In this document: positions 38,437 to 46,732 of the stretch, one piece after another
Position numbering within the stretch: the stretch's first letter is position 1
Layout: each line of letters begins with the position of its first letter
Origin: a virus
Virus record (IMG/VR): IMGVR_UViG_3300045988_136451
Strand: one strand, 5' to 3'
Length of the DNA: 64,000 bases
The notes under the pieces: generated by a model
Database searches by the model: none
The model's input: only the letters and a program-made list of their open reading frames with translations
What the model was told of the DNA's origin: nothing
Made by a program: the position numbers and the translations under genes

Positions 38437-39074
38437 ACCGCCGGTGTCGTAGTCGAGAAGTCGTACACGGAGGCGAGCGATGGTTCTATCAGCGTCTCGG
38501 CACCGTCGTCTTCGAGGGTCGCCGCGACCGCTCCGGGCTTCGCCTGCTCCTGCTTCCGGTTCTGCTGCGCCGCGCGCTTCAGCGGCTTAGGCCCGGAAGA
38601 TGCCCTCTGCGGGGCGCTGACGGCCTTCTGGGGGGCGCTGGGCTGCTTTTCGGGTTCGGGTGCCGCCTCGTCCGCTTCGGGGGCGCAGAACAGCTTTGAG
38701 GGCTTCACGGCTATCTCCGCCGCCGCCTCGCTCCTTCCCCTGCTCTCCGCAGCCACCTCCTCGATGCCGCCGGGAATCTTCACCTCGCGCTTGCGGGAGG
38801 GCTTCTGCCCCTCCGCCGGTGCGGCCTTCTTGGCCGGTGCGGCCTTCTCGGAGTTCGCTGCGCCGCCCTGCGAGAGGAAGCCCTTCACGACCGCCTCGAA
38901 CTGCTCGCGGTGCCTCGCGCACACGTCGTCGAGGAGCATGTACCTCTCGCCGTCGATAAGAACCTCGATTGCGGCGGGCTTGTCCTCGCCGTACTCTTCC
39001 AGAATCGCCTCGGTCTCCTCCGGGGATATGACATCCCCGCAACCGGGCACGTCGCACACCAACGCTATGCCCAT
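38433..39074 (-). CDS. Lsr2-like nucleoid-associated protein candidate (213 aa)
   Basis: The N-terminus (GIALVCDVPGCGDVISPEETEAILEEYGEDKPAAIEVLIDGERYMLLDD) resembles the Lsr2 dimerisation domain. The C-terminus is Lys/Pro/Ala-rich with an SRGRS motif. The operator-like palindrome at 39098..39113 lies in its promoter region. Confidence 0.3.
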   Translation of the reverse strand: MGIALVCDVPGCGDVISPEETEAILEEYGEDKPAAIEVLIDGERYMLLDDVCARHREQFEAVVKGFLSQGGAANSEKAAPAKKAAPAEGQKPSRKREVKIPGGIEEVAAESRGRSEAAAEIAVKPSKLFCAPEADEAAPEPEKQPSAPQKAVSAPQRASSGPKPLKRAAQQNRKQEQAKPGAVAATLEDDGAETLIEPSLASVYDFSTTTPAV

Positions 39075-39097
39075 GAGCTTCCATCTCCTTTGAACGC

Positions 39098-39113
39098 TCG
39101 ATTATTTAATCGA
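39098..39113. repeat. AT-rich palindrome TCGATTATTTAATCGA (site 2)
   Basis: Lies between an upstream TACAAT and the ribosome-binding site of gene 38433..39074. Confidence 0.8.
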
Positions 39114-39120
39114 CATTGTA

Positions 39121-39942
39121 TCACAGCCACTTGCCCTCGGTTGAGAATCTTTGCCAGTCGCCGGAGGCGAGCACGTTGCCGAGCGTCGGGCACCAGTCGC
39201 CGCGCCTGTTGTCCATGAGCCACTTCCGGAAGTCGGGGTTGCGAAGCGCCCGCAGAACGTCCTCCCTCCAACGCCCAACGCCGTCGCCCGCAGCCTCTGC
39301 CGCCTCGGCCACGATCTCCCGCTCGCGCTCCAAGAAGCTCTCGTTCTGGTACCGCAGCGGAACGTCCGGGTACGCCTCCCTGAAGTCCCGATGCGCAGCG
39401 TCGATTAAATAATCGAGTTCTGCGGTGCCCTGCCCTTGGGTGTCTGCGGAGATTTTCCGCGCGCGCGCGCGTTCATTCGTTCCTCCCTCATGTCCATCTC
39501 TGTCAGGAGTGGTTTGGTTGTTACAGGTGGGGCTTTGGTTGATGTTACTTTGGTTGATATTACTTTGTGTCGTGTTATCCGACGACGGGTTATCCGATGA
39601 CGGGTTTTCCGTCATCGGGGCTGAACTGGTGTTTTCCGTGTACGGCCTGATAAAGTATCTTACGCCGCTGAACGTGCCGTCATTCTCGCTTTTAACGGTT
39701 TCTCGTCGGACGTATCCAAGCTCTTCGAGTTCCTTGACGGCGCTGCGCACGGCATCGCGCCCGTCGGCCATGCACTTCGATATGCCGTTGATCGAATAGT
39801 CCCACTCTTCGGAGCAGGAGAGCATGAAGGCGAGAACCCCCATCGCTTTGGCGCTCAACCTCTTGTCTCGTAGAAAGTCGATCTTGACGACCATGAAGCC
39901 GTCTGCGCCGGTGTCCACCATGCATTGCTTGTCTGCTCTCAT
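39121..39942 (-). CDS. Replication initiator or organiser-like protein with winged-helix N-terminus (about 274 aa)
   Basis: Start uncertain (MRADKQCMVDTGADGFMVVKIDF...). Carries KAMGVLAFML and SKCMADGRDAVRSAVKELEELGYVRRE motifs typical of DnaD or replisome-organiser wHTH domains. Has a Ser/Asn/Gln-rich linker. Confidence 0.35.
   Translation of the reverse strand: MRADKQCMVDTGADGFMVVKIDFLRDKRLSAKAMGVLAFMLSCSEEWDYSINGISKCMADGRDAVRSAVKELEELGYVRRETVKSENDGTFSGVRYFIRPYTENTSSAPMTENPSSDNPSSDNTTQSNINQSNINQSPTCNNQTTPDRDGHEGGTNERARARKISADTQGQGTAELDYLIDAAHRDFREAYPDVPLRYQNESFLEREREIVAEAAEAAGDGVGRWREDVLRALRNPDFRKWLMDNRRGDWCPTLGNVLASGDWQRFSTEGKWL
39401..39416. repeat. AT-rich palindrome TCGATTAAATAATCGA (site 3)
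   Basis: Perfect copy inside the 39121..39942 coding region. Confidence 0.8.
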
Positions 39943-40092
39943 TGCACACCCCATAACAAAAAAAAAGAACCCGTTGCATGTCTTCGCGTAGGGGTGCACG
40001 ATAGAATACAATGGGTCTAACCGAAATTGTATCCTATCACGCACCCCTACGCAAGACCCCATTGTATACCCAAGCGCCCAGAGATTACAAGA

Positions 40093-40407
40093 TCATAACG
40101 CGTCGGACGGCATCCATTCGATTCTGTCCATCACGGCGCGCTCGGTTCTCCCGTCAATCGCGTCGCCCTCGAACCGAAGCTCGATGCCCGTCTTCCCTCC
40201 AAGGCCGCGCTCGATGTACGCTTCGAGCACCTTCTGCGCCTCGCTGTCGATGACCGATGCCCTGTGCATCTGCTCGACGGTCAGGCCGCAGCCGGTGAGC
40301 ATGTCTATCCACTCCTTGGTGGCGACGGTCGAGTATGCTATGGGGCGCTTCAGCCCCGGAGCGTGCCACTCCACGTCGTGGCAGTCCCAATCGCTCTTCC
40401 TCGTCAT
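40093..40407 (-). CDS. Hypothetical protein (about 104 aa)
   Basis: Start adjusted to MTRKSDWDCHD, overlapping the upstream stop. Confidence 0.3.
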   Translation of the reverse strand: MTRKSDWDCHDVEWHAPGLKRPIAYSTVATKEWIDMLTGCGLTVEQMHRASVIDSEAQKVLEAYIERGLGGKTGIELRFEGDAIDGRTERAVMDRIEWMPSDAL

Positions 40408-40721
40408 CGCGGCAGCCTCGCTCCCGGCGCGTAGCGGCAACGGCAGCGGTTGCGGTCGTACACGTCGCGCCCCGCCTGCTCCATGGACGCTCCGTAGCGC
40501 TCCAAGAGCCTCTTGCCCTGCTCCACGGCGTGGTCGATGTCCATGAACTCCTCGACGAGCCGCACGTGGTCTGCGTGGTCGCCGGTCTTGGCGAACTCCT
40601 CGAACGCCTCGCGCGCCTCGGCCAGCTCCTCGGCGACCTTGCGCAGCTGCGTGTCGATGTCGGCGTACTCGCAGCCCGTGAAAAGCCCCGGCATCTCCGG
40701 GTAGTTGTAGCGGTGGCGCAT
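40404..40721 (-). CDS. MazG-like nucleotide pyrophosphohydrolase (about 105 aa)
   Basis: Start adjusted to MRHRYNYPEMPGLF. Acidic EE..E...EE.GD helix pattern (VAEELAEAREAFEEFAKTGDHADHVRLVEEFMDIDHA). Confidence 0.4.
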   Translation of the reverse strand: MRHRYNYPEMPGLFTGCEYADIDTQLRKVAEELAEAREAFEEFAKTGDHADHVRLVEEFMDIDHAVEQGKRLLERYGASMEQAGRDVYDRNRCRCRYAPGARLPR

Positions 40722-40802
40722 GCCAGATTCCTCCTTACTCGGAACGTGAAAAGGGCACCCTCTCGGGTGCCCTTCGATGTTACATCCCATAGGCGCTCGG
40801 CG

Positions 40803-41927
40803 CTAGATGGCGACGTAGCCCTTTTCGTCGATCATGGCGTAGAACTCCTGCACCGGGAGCCACTTGGCGGCACCCTCGTTGAACATGGAGGCAGCGCTGG
40901 CGGTGTCTGCGTACTGCACCATGCCCTCGCCCTTCGCCATGACCTCTATCACGTTGCCGTCGTCGCCTTGGTACTGGCTCCCCTCGACGGCAACGTCGGC
41001 GTACACGTCGTGGCGGGCGCTCCTGATGATGTCGCCGCGCTCGATCTGCCCGACGAGGGCGGCTGCGGTCGCGGTGAACAGCGCGCCGCTGTCGAGCTGC
41101 ACGCCGCTCACGGAGTTGCCGGAGACGGACGCTATGCGCATCTTGGAACCGGTGTGGGCCGACGCGTACACGTCGCCCTCGGCGATGCCTATGTAGCGGT
41201 CGTACCACGTCTGGCAGTGGTCTAGCGCCTCCGCGTACCCCTGCGCCGAACCGCTCGACACCTCGATGCCCTCCAACGTCACGCACCACGACACCCCGTC
41301 AGGCCCGAACGAGATGTGCGATTCTATGCCGGGGCTGAACTCCATCGTGTCGGTCACCGGCTCGACGGCCATCGTGCCCATCGAATGGTCTACCGAGAAG
41401 GACGTTCCGCACTCGTTGCACATGAAGGTGTCTGCGGGAGCGTCCTCGTACACCATGGTGGTGTTGGCGGAGGAGCACATGGGGCAGCACGTCGGGTCTT
41501 GCGGCCCCATGAGGTATTCGATGCTGCCGATGTCCCCTGCGGTGACGTAGCGCCCCGCCACGTCCATCTGGGAGGCGTAGAGCCTAGATGCGAGCGTGGA
41601 CGGGCGCTTCGCGAGCGCGCTGAACCGGTACTTCCTGCCGTCCTTCAGGGCGTAGCGCTCGTCCGCCTCCTCGAACACAGCGTCGAGGTCGGCGAAGTCC
41701 TCCTCCGTCGCCTGAACGATCTCCAAGTCGTCGTCGAAGACGACCTCCGGCTCCGTGAACGGTGCCACAAGCTCCTCGATCTCGTCGCGGCACAGAAGCC
41801 GTTCGTACTCCACGATGGCATCGGATATGGCCTCGCGGGCCTCGGCCTCGGCCTCGTCCATCGTGTACACGTCCTCCACGCCTTCGGCGACCTGCGCGAG
41901 AACGTCTTGCCTGTGTCCCATAATCAC
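40803..41927 (-). CDS. Hypothetical protein with zinc-ribbon (374 aa)
   Basis: Track ORF with CCPMCSS...CNECG. Palindrome site 4 and a TAAAAT box lie about 100 nt upstream. Confidence 0.35.
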   Translation of the reverse strand: MIMGHRQDVLAQVAEGVEDVYTMDEAEAEAREAISDAIVEYERLLCRDEIEELVAPFTEPEVVFDDDLEIVQATEEDFADLDAVFEEADERYALKDGRKYRFSALAKRPSTLASRLYASQMDVAGRYVTAGDIGSIEYLMGPQDPTCCPMCSSANTTMVYEDAPADTFMCNECGTSFSVDHSMGTMAVEPVTDTMEFSPGIESHISFGPDGVSWCVTLEGIEVSSGSAQGYAEALDHCQTWYDRYIGIAEGDVYASAHTGSKMRIASVSGNSVSGVQLDSGALFTATAAALVGQIERGDIIRSARHDVYADVAVEGSQYQGDDGNVIEVMAKGEGMVQYADTASAASMFNEGAAKWLPVQEFYAMIDEKGYVAI

Positions 41928-42001
41928 TGCTCCTTCATGCGCATGCGGGTTCTGCTTGAGATTTTAGCAGCAAAAGAAAAGCGGCGCACCCCAGTAGGCC
42001 C

Positions 42002-42017
42002 TCGATTAAATAATCGA
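42002..42017. repeat. AT-rich palindrome TCGATTAAATAATCGA (site 4)
   Basis: Intergenic, upstream of gene 40803..41927. Confidence 0.8.
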
Positions 42018-42049
42018 GCCTGCGGGGCGCGCCGCCTCGTTCCTCGGAA

Positions 42050-42352
42050 TCAGTCCAAGTAGCGCAGGTCTGAAAGCGCCTGCCGCACGTCCATGTCCGG
42101 GCACGCCTTCAGTATCGCGAGAACGCCGGGCACCTCGCGCTCCTCCATCCTCACCAATTCGAGCTGCCCGTGCGAATGCTGCTTCCACTCGTGGAACGCG
42201 ATATCGACGATGGCCTGCGCGGTCATCTCGCGCGGCCTCGTCGGCTTGACGAGGATGACGGTTCTCCCCGTCCTGTCCAGCTCCTCCGCCTTGGCCTTGC
42301 GCTCCTCCTTCGACATGCCGTCGAACTGCGTTATGTCTATGAGCCTGCCCAT
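42050..42352 (-). CDS. Hypothetical protein (100 aa)
   Basis: Track ORF. Confidence 0.3.
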   Translation of the reverse strand: MGRLIDITQFDGMSKEERKAKAEELDRTGRTVILVKPTRPREMTAQAIVDIAFHEWKQHSHGQLELVRMEEREVPGVLAILKACPDMDVRQALSDLRYLD

Positions 42353-42377
42353 GTCTCCATCTCCTTTCAGCTCAACG

Positions 42378-42908
42378 TCACATGTAGTCGTTGAGGTTTA
42401 TGCCGGTGCCGTTCGAGAAGTCCCAAATCTCCTCCTCGAAGCGCGAAAGGCCGACTTCTACGGCCTCCTGCTCGTCGGAGAAGATGTTCGACACGTCGAA
42501 CACGATCTGGCCCCTGTCGTTCTTCCAGAAGCCAACGACCACCTCGCCGTCGGACATCAGGCGGCGCGCCTCCTCGTCCATAAGCTCGACGACGGCGCGC
42601 AGGTCTTGCGGGTCTTCGATGTCGTCGGCGGACACGGCGAACTCCTCGGCGCGCCGGAAGCCCCCTTCGTAGCCTCCGACGGCGTAGCCGCGCACGGCGC
42701 GCTGCCCGTCGAGGTAGTAGGAGCCTCCCGGCTCCCCGCGCTCGATGTCCTCGAATATGTTCTCCATGAGCGCGTCGGCGAACGCCGTCTTGCGCGACGA
42801 CGCGCTCCTGCGCATCGCGGCGACCTCGCGCCTGCCGACCTCGCGCACGACGGACGCACCGGCCTCGACGCGGCGCTGCCTGTAGTTCGCGTACTCAATC
42901 CAACCCAT
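42378..42908 (-). CDS. Hypothetical protein (176 aa)
   Basis: Track ORF. Confidence 0.3.
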   Translation of the reverse strand: MGWIEYANYRQRRVEAGASVVREVGRREVAAMRRSASSRKTAFADALMENIFEDIERGEPGGSYYLDGQRAVRGYAVGGYEGGFRRAEEFAVSADDIEDPQDLRAVVELMDEEARRLMSDGEVVVGFWKNDRGQIVFDVSNIFSDEQEAVEVGLSRFEEEIWDFSNGTGINLNDYM

Positions 42909-42922
42909 CGCTTCGTTCCTTT

Positions 42923-43153
42923 CTACGGCTGCATGTCCTCGAACGCCCGCTGCACGACCGCGTGAGCGTCGGCGTAGCCTTCGAGGTATCCCATCATATA
43001 CGCCCTGTCGTCCACGGAGAACGATTCTAAGGTGCGCTTTAGCTGCTCCTCGACATCCGCATCGACGGAGCCTAGAACTAGGTCTAAGATCGTCTCCTTG
43101 TCATCTCGGCTGACGCTCACCGCTTGTTCCACCTTCTCTCCGCAACGGCCCAA
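42923..43153 (-). CDS. Hypothetical protein (76 aa)
   Basis: Track ORF. Confidence 0.25.
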   Translation of the reverse strand: MGRCGEKVEQAVSVSRDDKETILDLVLGSVDADVEEQLKRTLESFSVDDRAYMMGYLEGYADAHAVVQRAFEDMQP

Positions 43154-44004
43154 TGGTATCCTCCTGCCGACTGCCTGCGTCCTTTGAGGCAGTCGCCTAT
43201 GTTGTGCGGTTTCTTGATTCCCTTCGCCTTCGCTGCATCCGATATGCAGGGAAAGCTCTCACCCGTTTCGACGCATACGACGGGCACGCCCTGCTTGCAG
43301 TTCGCCTTGCGCGTCGAGAGAACCCTTTCGCGATACTCCGGGTCTTCCCATCTTGCGATAAGACGCTCCGATGCAAGCCTGCGCTCTTCCTCGCGCTGGA
43401 AGCGCTTATGATTGCCCTCGGATATTGCCGCGCTTATTGCCGCCTTTTCCTCTGGCGTTCTGTTCGAGGCGCGACGTTTCGCTGATGCTGATATTTTCTT
43501 CCTTACATCGTCAGGACGTTTCTTGCCGATATGAGTAGCAAGAAGCGCAGCGCGCGTGTTCGGGTGCATCGGCATACTGTGCTTGCCACGGCTCTTCATG
43601 CCGATCTTCGCGTAGCGGTCGGGAGAACTCATGGCGTGCCCGCGCTTCGATGCGGCGCTCAACTTCGCCCTAGTCTCCTCCGACACGACGTATTCCCTCT
43701 CTTGGCTCGCCACTAGGTTGTAGCCGTTCGGGGACAAGGTGCCGTACTCGATGATCTTCTCCGTTTCCAACGCGCAAAGCTCTTCGACGGGAACGCCCTC
43801 GGCAATCGTCTCGACGGTGAACGAATCTGCGCCGTACTTCGCTATGGCGCGGTCTATGGCGCTGTTGTTCGTGATTCCGTGCAGGGCGCAGTAGCAGTGA
43901 TCGTACCAGCGCTCCTTCACCGTCCTGATCGTCTGGCCTACGTACTGCTTGCCGTTGGCATTGTTCGTCGCCAAGTATATGCTTCCTACCTTTTCAGCCA
44001 TCGT
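43117..44004 (-). mobile_element. Free-standing GIY-YIG homing endonuclease gene (about 295 aa)
   Basis: Start adjusted to MAEKVGSIYLATNNANGKQYVGQT, the GIY-YIG motif. Followed by NUMOD-like repeats (SEETRAKLSAASKRGH, TPEEKAAISAAISEG) and a C-terminal DNA-binding module. Confidence 0.55.
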
Positions 44005-44540
44005 CTCTCCATGTAAGGCAGAAATAAAATTTTCCTTCCCTCCGACCCCCAAGAAGCGCTCTGGCGCGGCTGGTAGTACGTGTAGGTGTCCACGACGTAG
44101 CGCACGATCTCCTCGCCCGTCGAAGGCTCGTTGAAGTAGAGCCACAGCTTCAGCGTGAACTTCAGGCTCTGGTTGTACTGAACCTGCGTCCCACGGTAGC
44201 CCGCGTCCCAGTCGGTCGCCGCCTCCTGCTTCTCGTGGTAAGCGTCCTGCCAGTACGGGTAGACCAGCGCGCTCGGGTACATCCAGAACTCGACCGCAGC
44301 GCCCGCCTCTTCCGGCTTCGCCGGGTCGTAGTCCTTAACGTCGTTGCGCCATATCTGCGCCATGCCGAACTTGGGCGCTCCGCACCGGTCGAGGACTTCC
44401 TGCGCGTCACCGGCGACGGGGACAGGCTCGTCCCACACCAGCTTGCACATGGTCGTCTGCTCGATCTGCTGCACGGCCATGCCAGCGCTGAAGTCGCCGA
44501 GCGATCGCTTGTCGAACATCGTCACACCTGCCTTACGCAT
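43986..44540 (-). CDS. Hypothetical protein (about 184 aa)
   Basis: Start adjusted to MRKAGVTMFDKRS; the coordinate is approximate. Confidence 0.3.
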   Translation of the reverse strand: MRKAGVTMFDKRSLGDFSAGMAVQQIEQTTMCKLVWDEPVPVAGDAQEVLDRCGAPKFGMAQIWRNDVKDYDPAKPEEAGAAVEFWMYPSALVYPYWQDAYHEKQEAATDWDAGYRGTQVQYNQSLKFTLKLWLYFNEPSTGEEIVRYVVDTYTYYQPRQSASWGSEGRKILFLPYMERRWLKR

Positions 44541-44850
44541 TCCATGGTCAAATCTCCGGGCCTGCTGTCGCGAAGGTACGCCGCCGTCCCGCACAGGGGG
44601 TAGTCGTCGCAGGCTAGGCAGCATTGTCTCACGTCTTGCTCGCCGAAGATATTCACTTTGCCGTCGCCGCACTCGCGCATGACCGACCAGCACGATTCGC
44701 ACCACGTCATGCTCCTGCGCTCGCCGAACTCCGACACGTGCCTGCGGTGTATGTCGGAGCCTTTCGGCAGGAGCCTTCCGCATCCGTCGCACAGTCGCTC
44801 CTTGCGCAGCCTCGTCAGCTTCGGGTTCCCGGTGTCGATCATCGCGCACA
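44522..44850 (-). CDS. Small Cys-rich protein (about 108 aa)
   Basis: Start near MCAMIDTGNPKLTRL. Contains multiple CxxC pairs. The Arg-rich N-terminal extension in the track is shadow sequence. Confidence 0.3.
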
Positions 44851-45014
44851 TTCCGCCGCCCCGTTCTCCGGGCATTCCGCGCAGTCGCGCCAAGGCGACA
44901 CGTGGCCGCCCTTCAGCGCGCAGGTGTAGCTGACCGTCTCGACCGCCCTGCCGGGCCGATGGCCGTGCTCGGCGTAGTGCTCGCACTCCACCTCGACCCT
45001 CTCGAACGAGGAGC

Positions 45015-46238
45015 CTATTTCTTCCACGGCGGCACCGCCTCCTCCTCCGCCTTGAAGTTGTACACCGGTCGCATGACCTGCACAACGTCCACCGTGTCGG
45101 CCACGCTCTCGATTATTTTATCGGCATCCTTGTACGCGCCGGGTGCCTCGTCGAGCGTCGAGGAGCCTATGCACGAAGACCAAACGCCGTCCATCTGCTC
45201 GCGGTAGTCCTTGACGCGGAGGCTCCGCTTCGCCTTCGCGCGGGACATCTTGCGCCCGGCCCCGTGCGGGGCAGACCAGTTGTAGTCCTCGTTGCCCTTC
45301 CCGATGCCGATGACGCAGCCCTTCGCCATGTTGAGCGGGATGATGACCTTCTGGCCCTCGTACGCCGCTATAGCGCCCTTGCGGATGATGCGGTTCGCCG
45401 TATCGACGTAGTTGTGCGTCGAGGAGACCATATCGTCCCAGCCGCCCCATCCCATGCCGGAAAATATCTCGCGCGCCATCGTCTCGCGGTTGGCCGACGC
45501 GTACATCTGGCAGAAGTCGCAGTCGTGAAGGTACTCTTCGAGCAGCCTGCCTTCGGCCCATGCCAGCTCCTTGCCGACCGAATGCTCGCGCTGTATGCCG
45601 TTCATCGTTTGCAGCACGTAGCCGATAAGCTCCTGCTTGCCGTCGGCCTTCAGGCGCTCTATGAAGCCCTCCTTCAGGTACCCGGTCGATTGGATGCCGA
45701 CGCGGGAAAGCTCCTCGTGCGCCGCCTTCTGGTACACGCCGCACACCTGCGAGCCGAGGTTGCGCGAGCCGGAATGGATGACCAGCCACAGGTTGCCGTC
45801 CATGTCCTCGTCGATCTCGATGAAGTGGTTGCCGCCTCCGAGCGTCCCCACCGACCTCTTGATTCGGTCGAGGTCGTGCAGGCGGTCGATGCAGGCGAGG
45901 TCGTCCCATCCGAACCAGAAGTCCTGCTGCTCGTTTTCGCGCCAGCTCATGCCGGACGGTATGCGCTCGCGCACCACGTCGTCGAGCGTCTGGAAGTCCA
46001 CGCGCCTCTTGCCCACGAGGTAGGCGTTCACGCCGCACGATATGTCAACGCCGACGACGTTGGGTATGACGGCATCGCCGAACGTTGACGTGAGGCCCAC
46101 CACGCATCCGATGCCAGCGTGGGCATCGGGCATGACGCGTATGCGCTGCCCCTTGAACGGTCGGAGCGCCGCAAGCTCCTCGACCTGCCTGCGCGCCTCG
46201 TCCTCGATCTCCTCCGCGTAGATTTTAACGTCTTCCAT
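45015..46238 (-). CDS. rtcB: RtcB family 3'-phosphate RNA ligase (407 aa)
   Basis: Carries the RtcB signature motifs MPDAHAGIG, GGGNHFIEIDED, IHSGSRNLG and NWSAPHGAGR. Confidence 0.75.
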   Translation of the reverse strand: MEDVKIYAEEIEDEARRQVEELAALRPFKGQRIRVMPDAHAGIGCVVGLTSTFGDAVIPNVVGVDISCGVNAYLVGKRRVDFQTLDDVVRERIPSGMSWRENEQQDFWFGWDDLACIDRLHDLDRIKRSVGTLGGGNHFIEIDEDMDGNLWLVIHSGSRNLGSQVCGVYQKAAHEELSRVGIQSTGYLKEGFIERLKADGKQELIGYVLQTMNGIQREHSVGKELAWAEGRLLEEYLHDCDFCQMYASANRETMAREIFSGMGWGGWDDMVSSTHNYVDTANRIIRKGAIAAYEGQKVIIPLNMAKGCVIGIGKGNEDYNWSAPHGAGRKMSRAKAKRSLRVKDYREQMDGVWSSCIGSSTLDEAPGAYKDADKIIESVADTVDVVQVMRPVYNFKAEEEAVPPWKK

Positions 46239-46240
46239 CT

Positions 46241-46621
46241 TCAGCCTTCCTCATCGCAGTAATAGCGCCAGCGCTCCTCGATGCACTCGACGCTGACGAC
46301 CTTCGGCGACAGGCGGTAGTCCTCCATGTCCTCCATGTAGGCGACGGCGAGCGGCCTCCTGCCGAAAAGCTCCTTCGACATGACCGCCGTCAGCATGAGG
46401 CCGTACGGCACCCCGCCCTCCTTGCCGACGGCGTGCGAGCCGAACGCGTCGAGCAGCCGTTCAACGTCCCTCTTGAAGAACGTCGCCTCCTCCATGGGCA
46501 GCGACATGCCGAACATCGGGGAGTACCCGGCTCCGGGCCTCGCCTCGACGCAGTACATGAACGCGAGGTCTCCCGTCTCCGTCGCCTGAAGCTCTACGCA
46601 CGCGCGCAGCCTCCGCTCCAT
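46241..46621 (-). CDS. Hypothetical protein adjacent to rtcB (126 aa)
   Basis: Track ORF with no recognisable archease motif. Confidence 0.3.
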   Translation of the reverse strand: MERRLRACVELQATETGDLAFMYCVEARPGAGYSPMFGMSLPMEEATFFKRDVERLLDAFGSHAVGKEGGVPYGLMLTAVMSKELFGRRPLAVAYMEDMEDYRLSPKVVSVECIEERWRYYCDEEG

Positions 46622-46697
46622 AAAGCCTCCTTCCAGAACCTTTGACGACAGTCTACCATGTAAGAGAAGAAATTAAAAGAAGAATTAAGAATAAAAC

Positions 46698-46725
46698 GGG
46701 AACCCCCGCCGAAGCGGGGGTTCCG
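46698..46725 (-). terminator. Hairpin terminator downstream of the tail fibre gene
   Basis: Hairpin GGGAACCCCCGCCGAAGCGGGGGTTCC, followed on the minus strand by a T-rich tract. Confidence 0.5.
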
Positions 46726-46732
46726 GGAGGCC

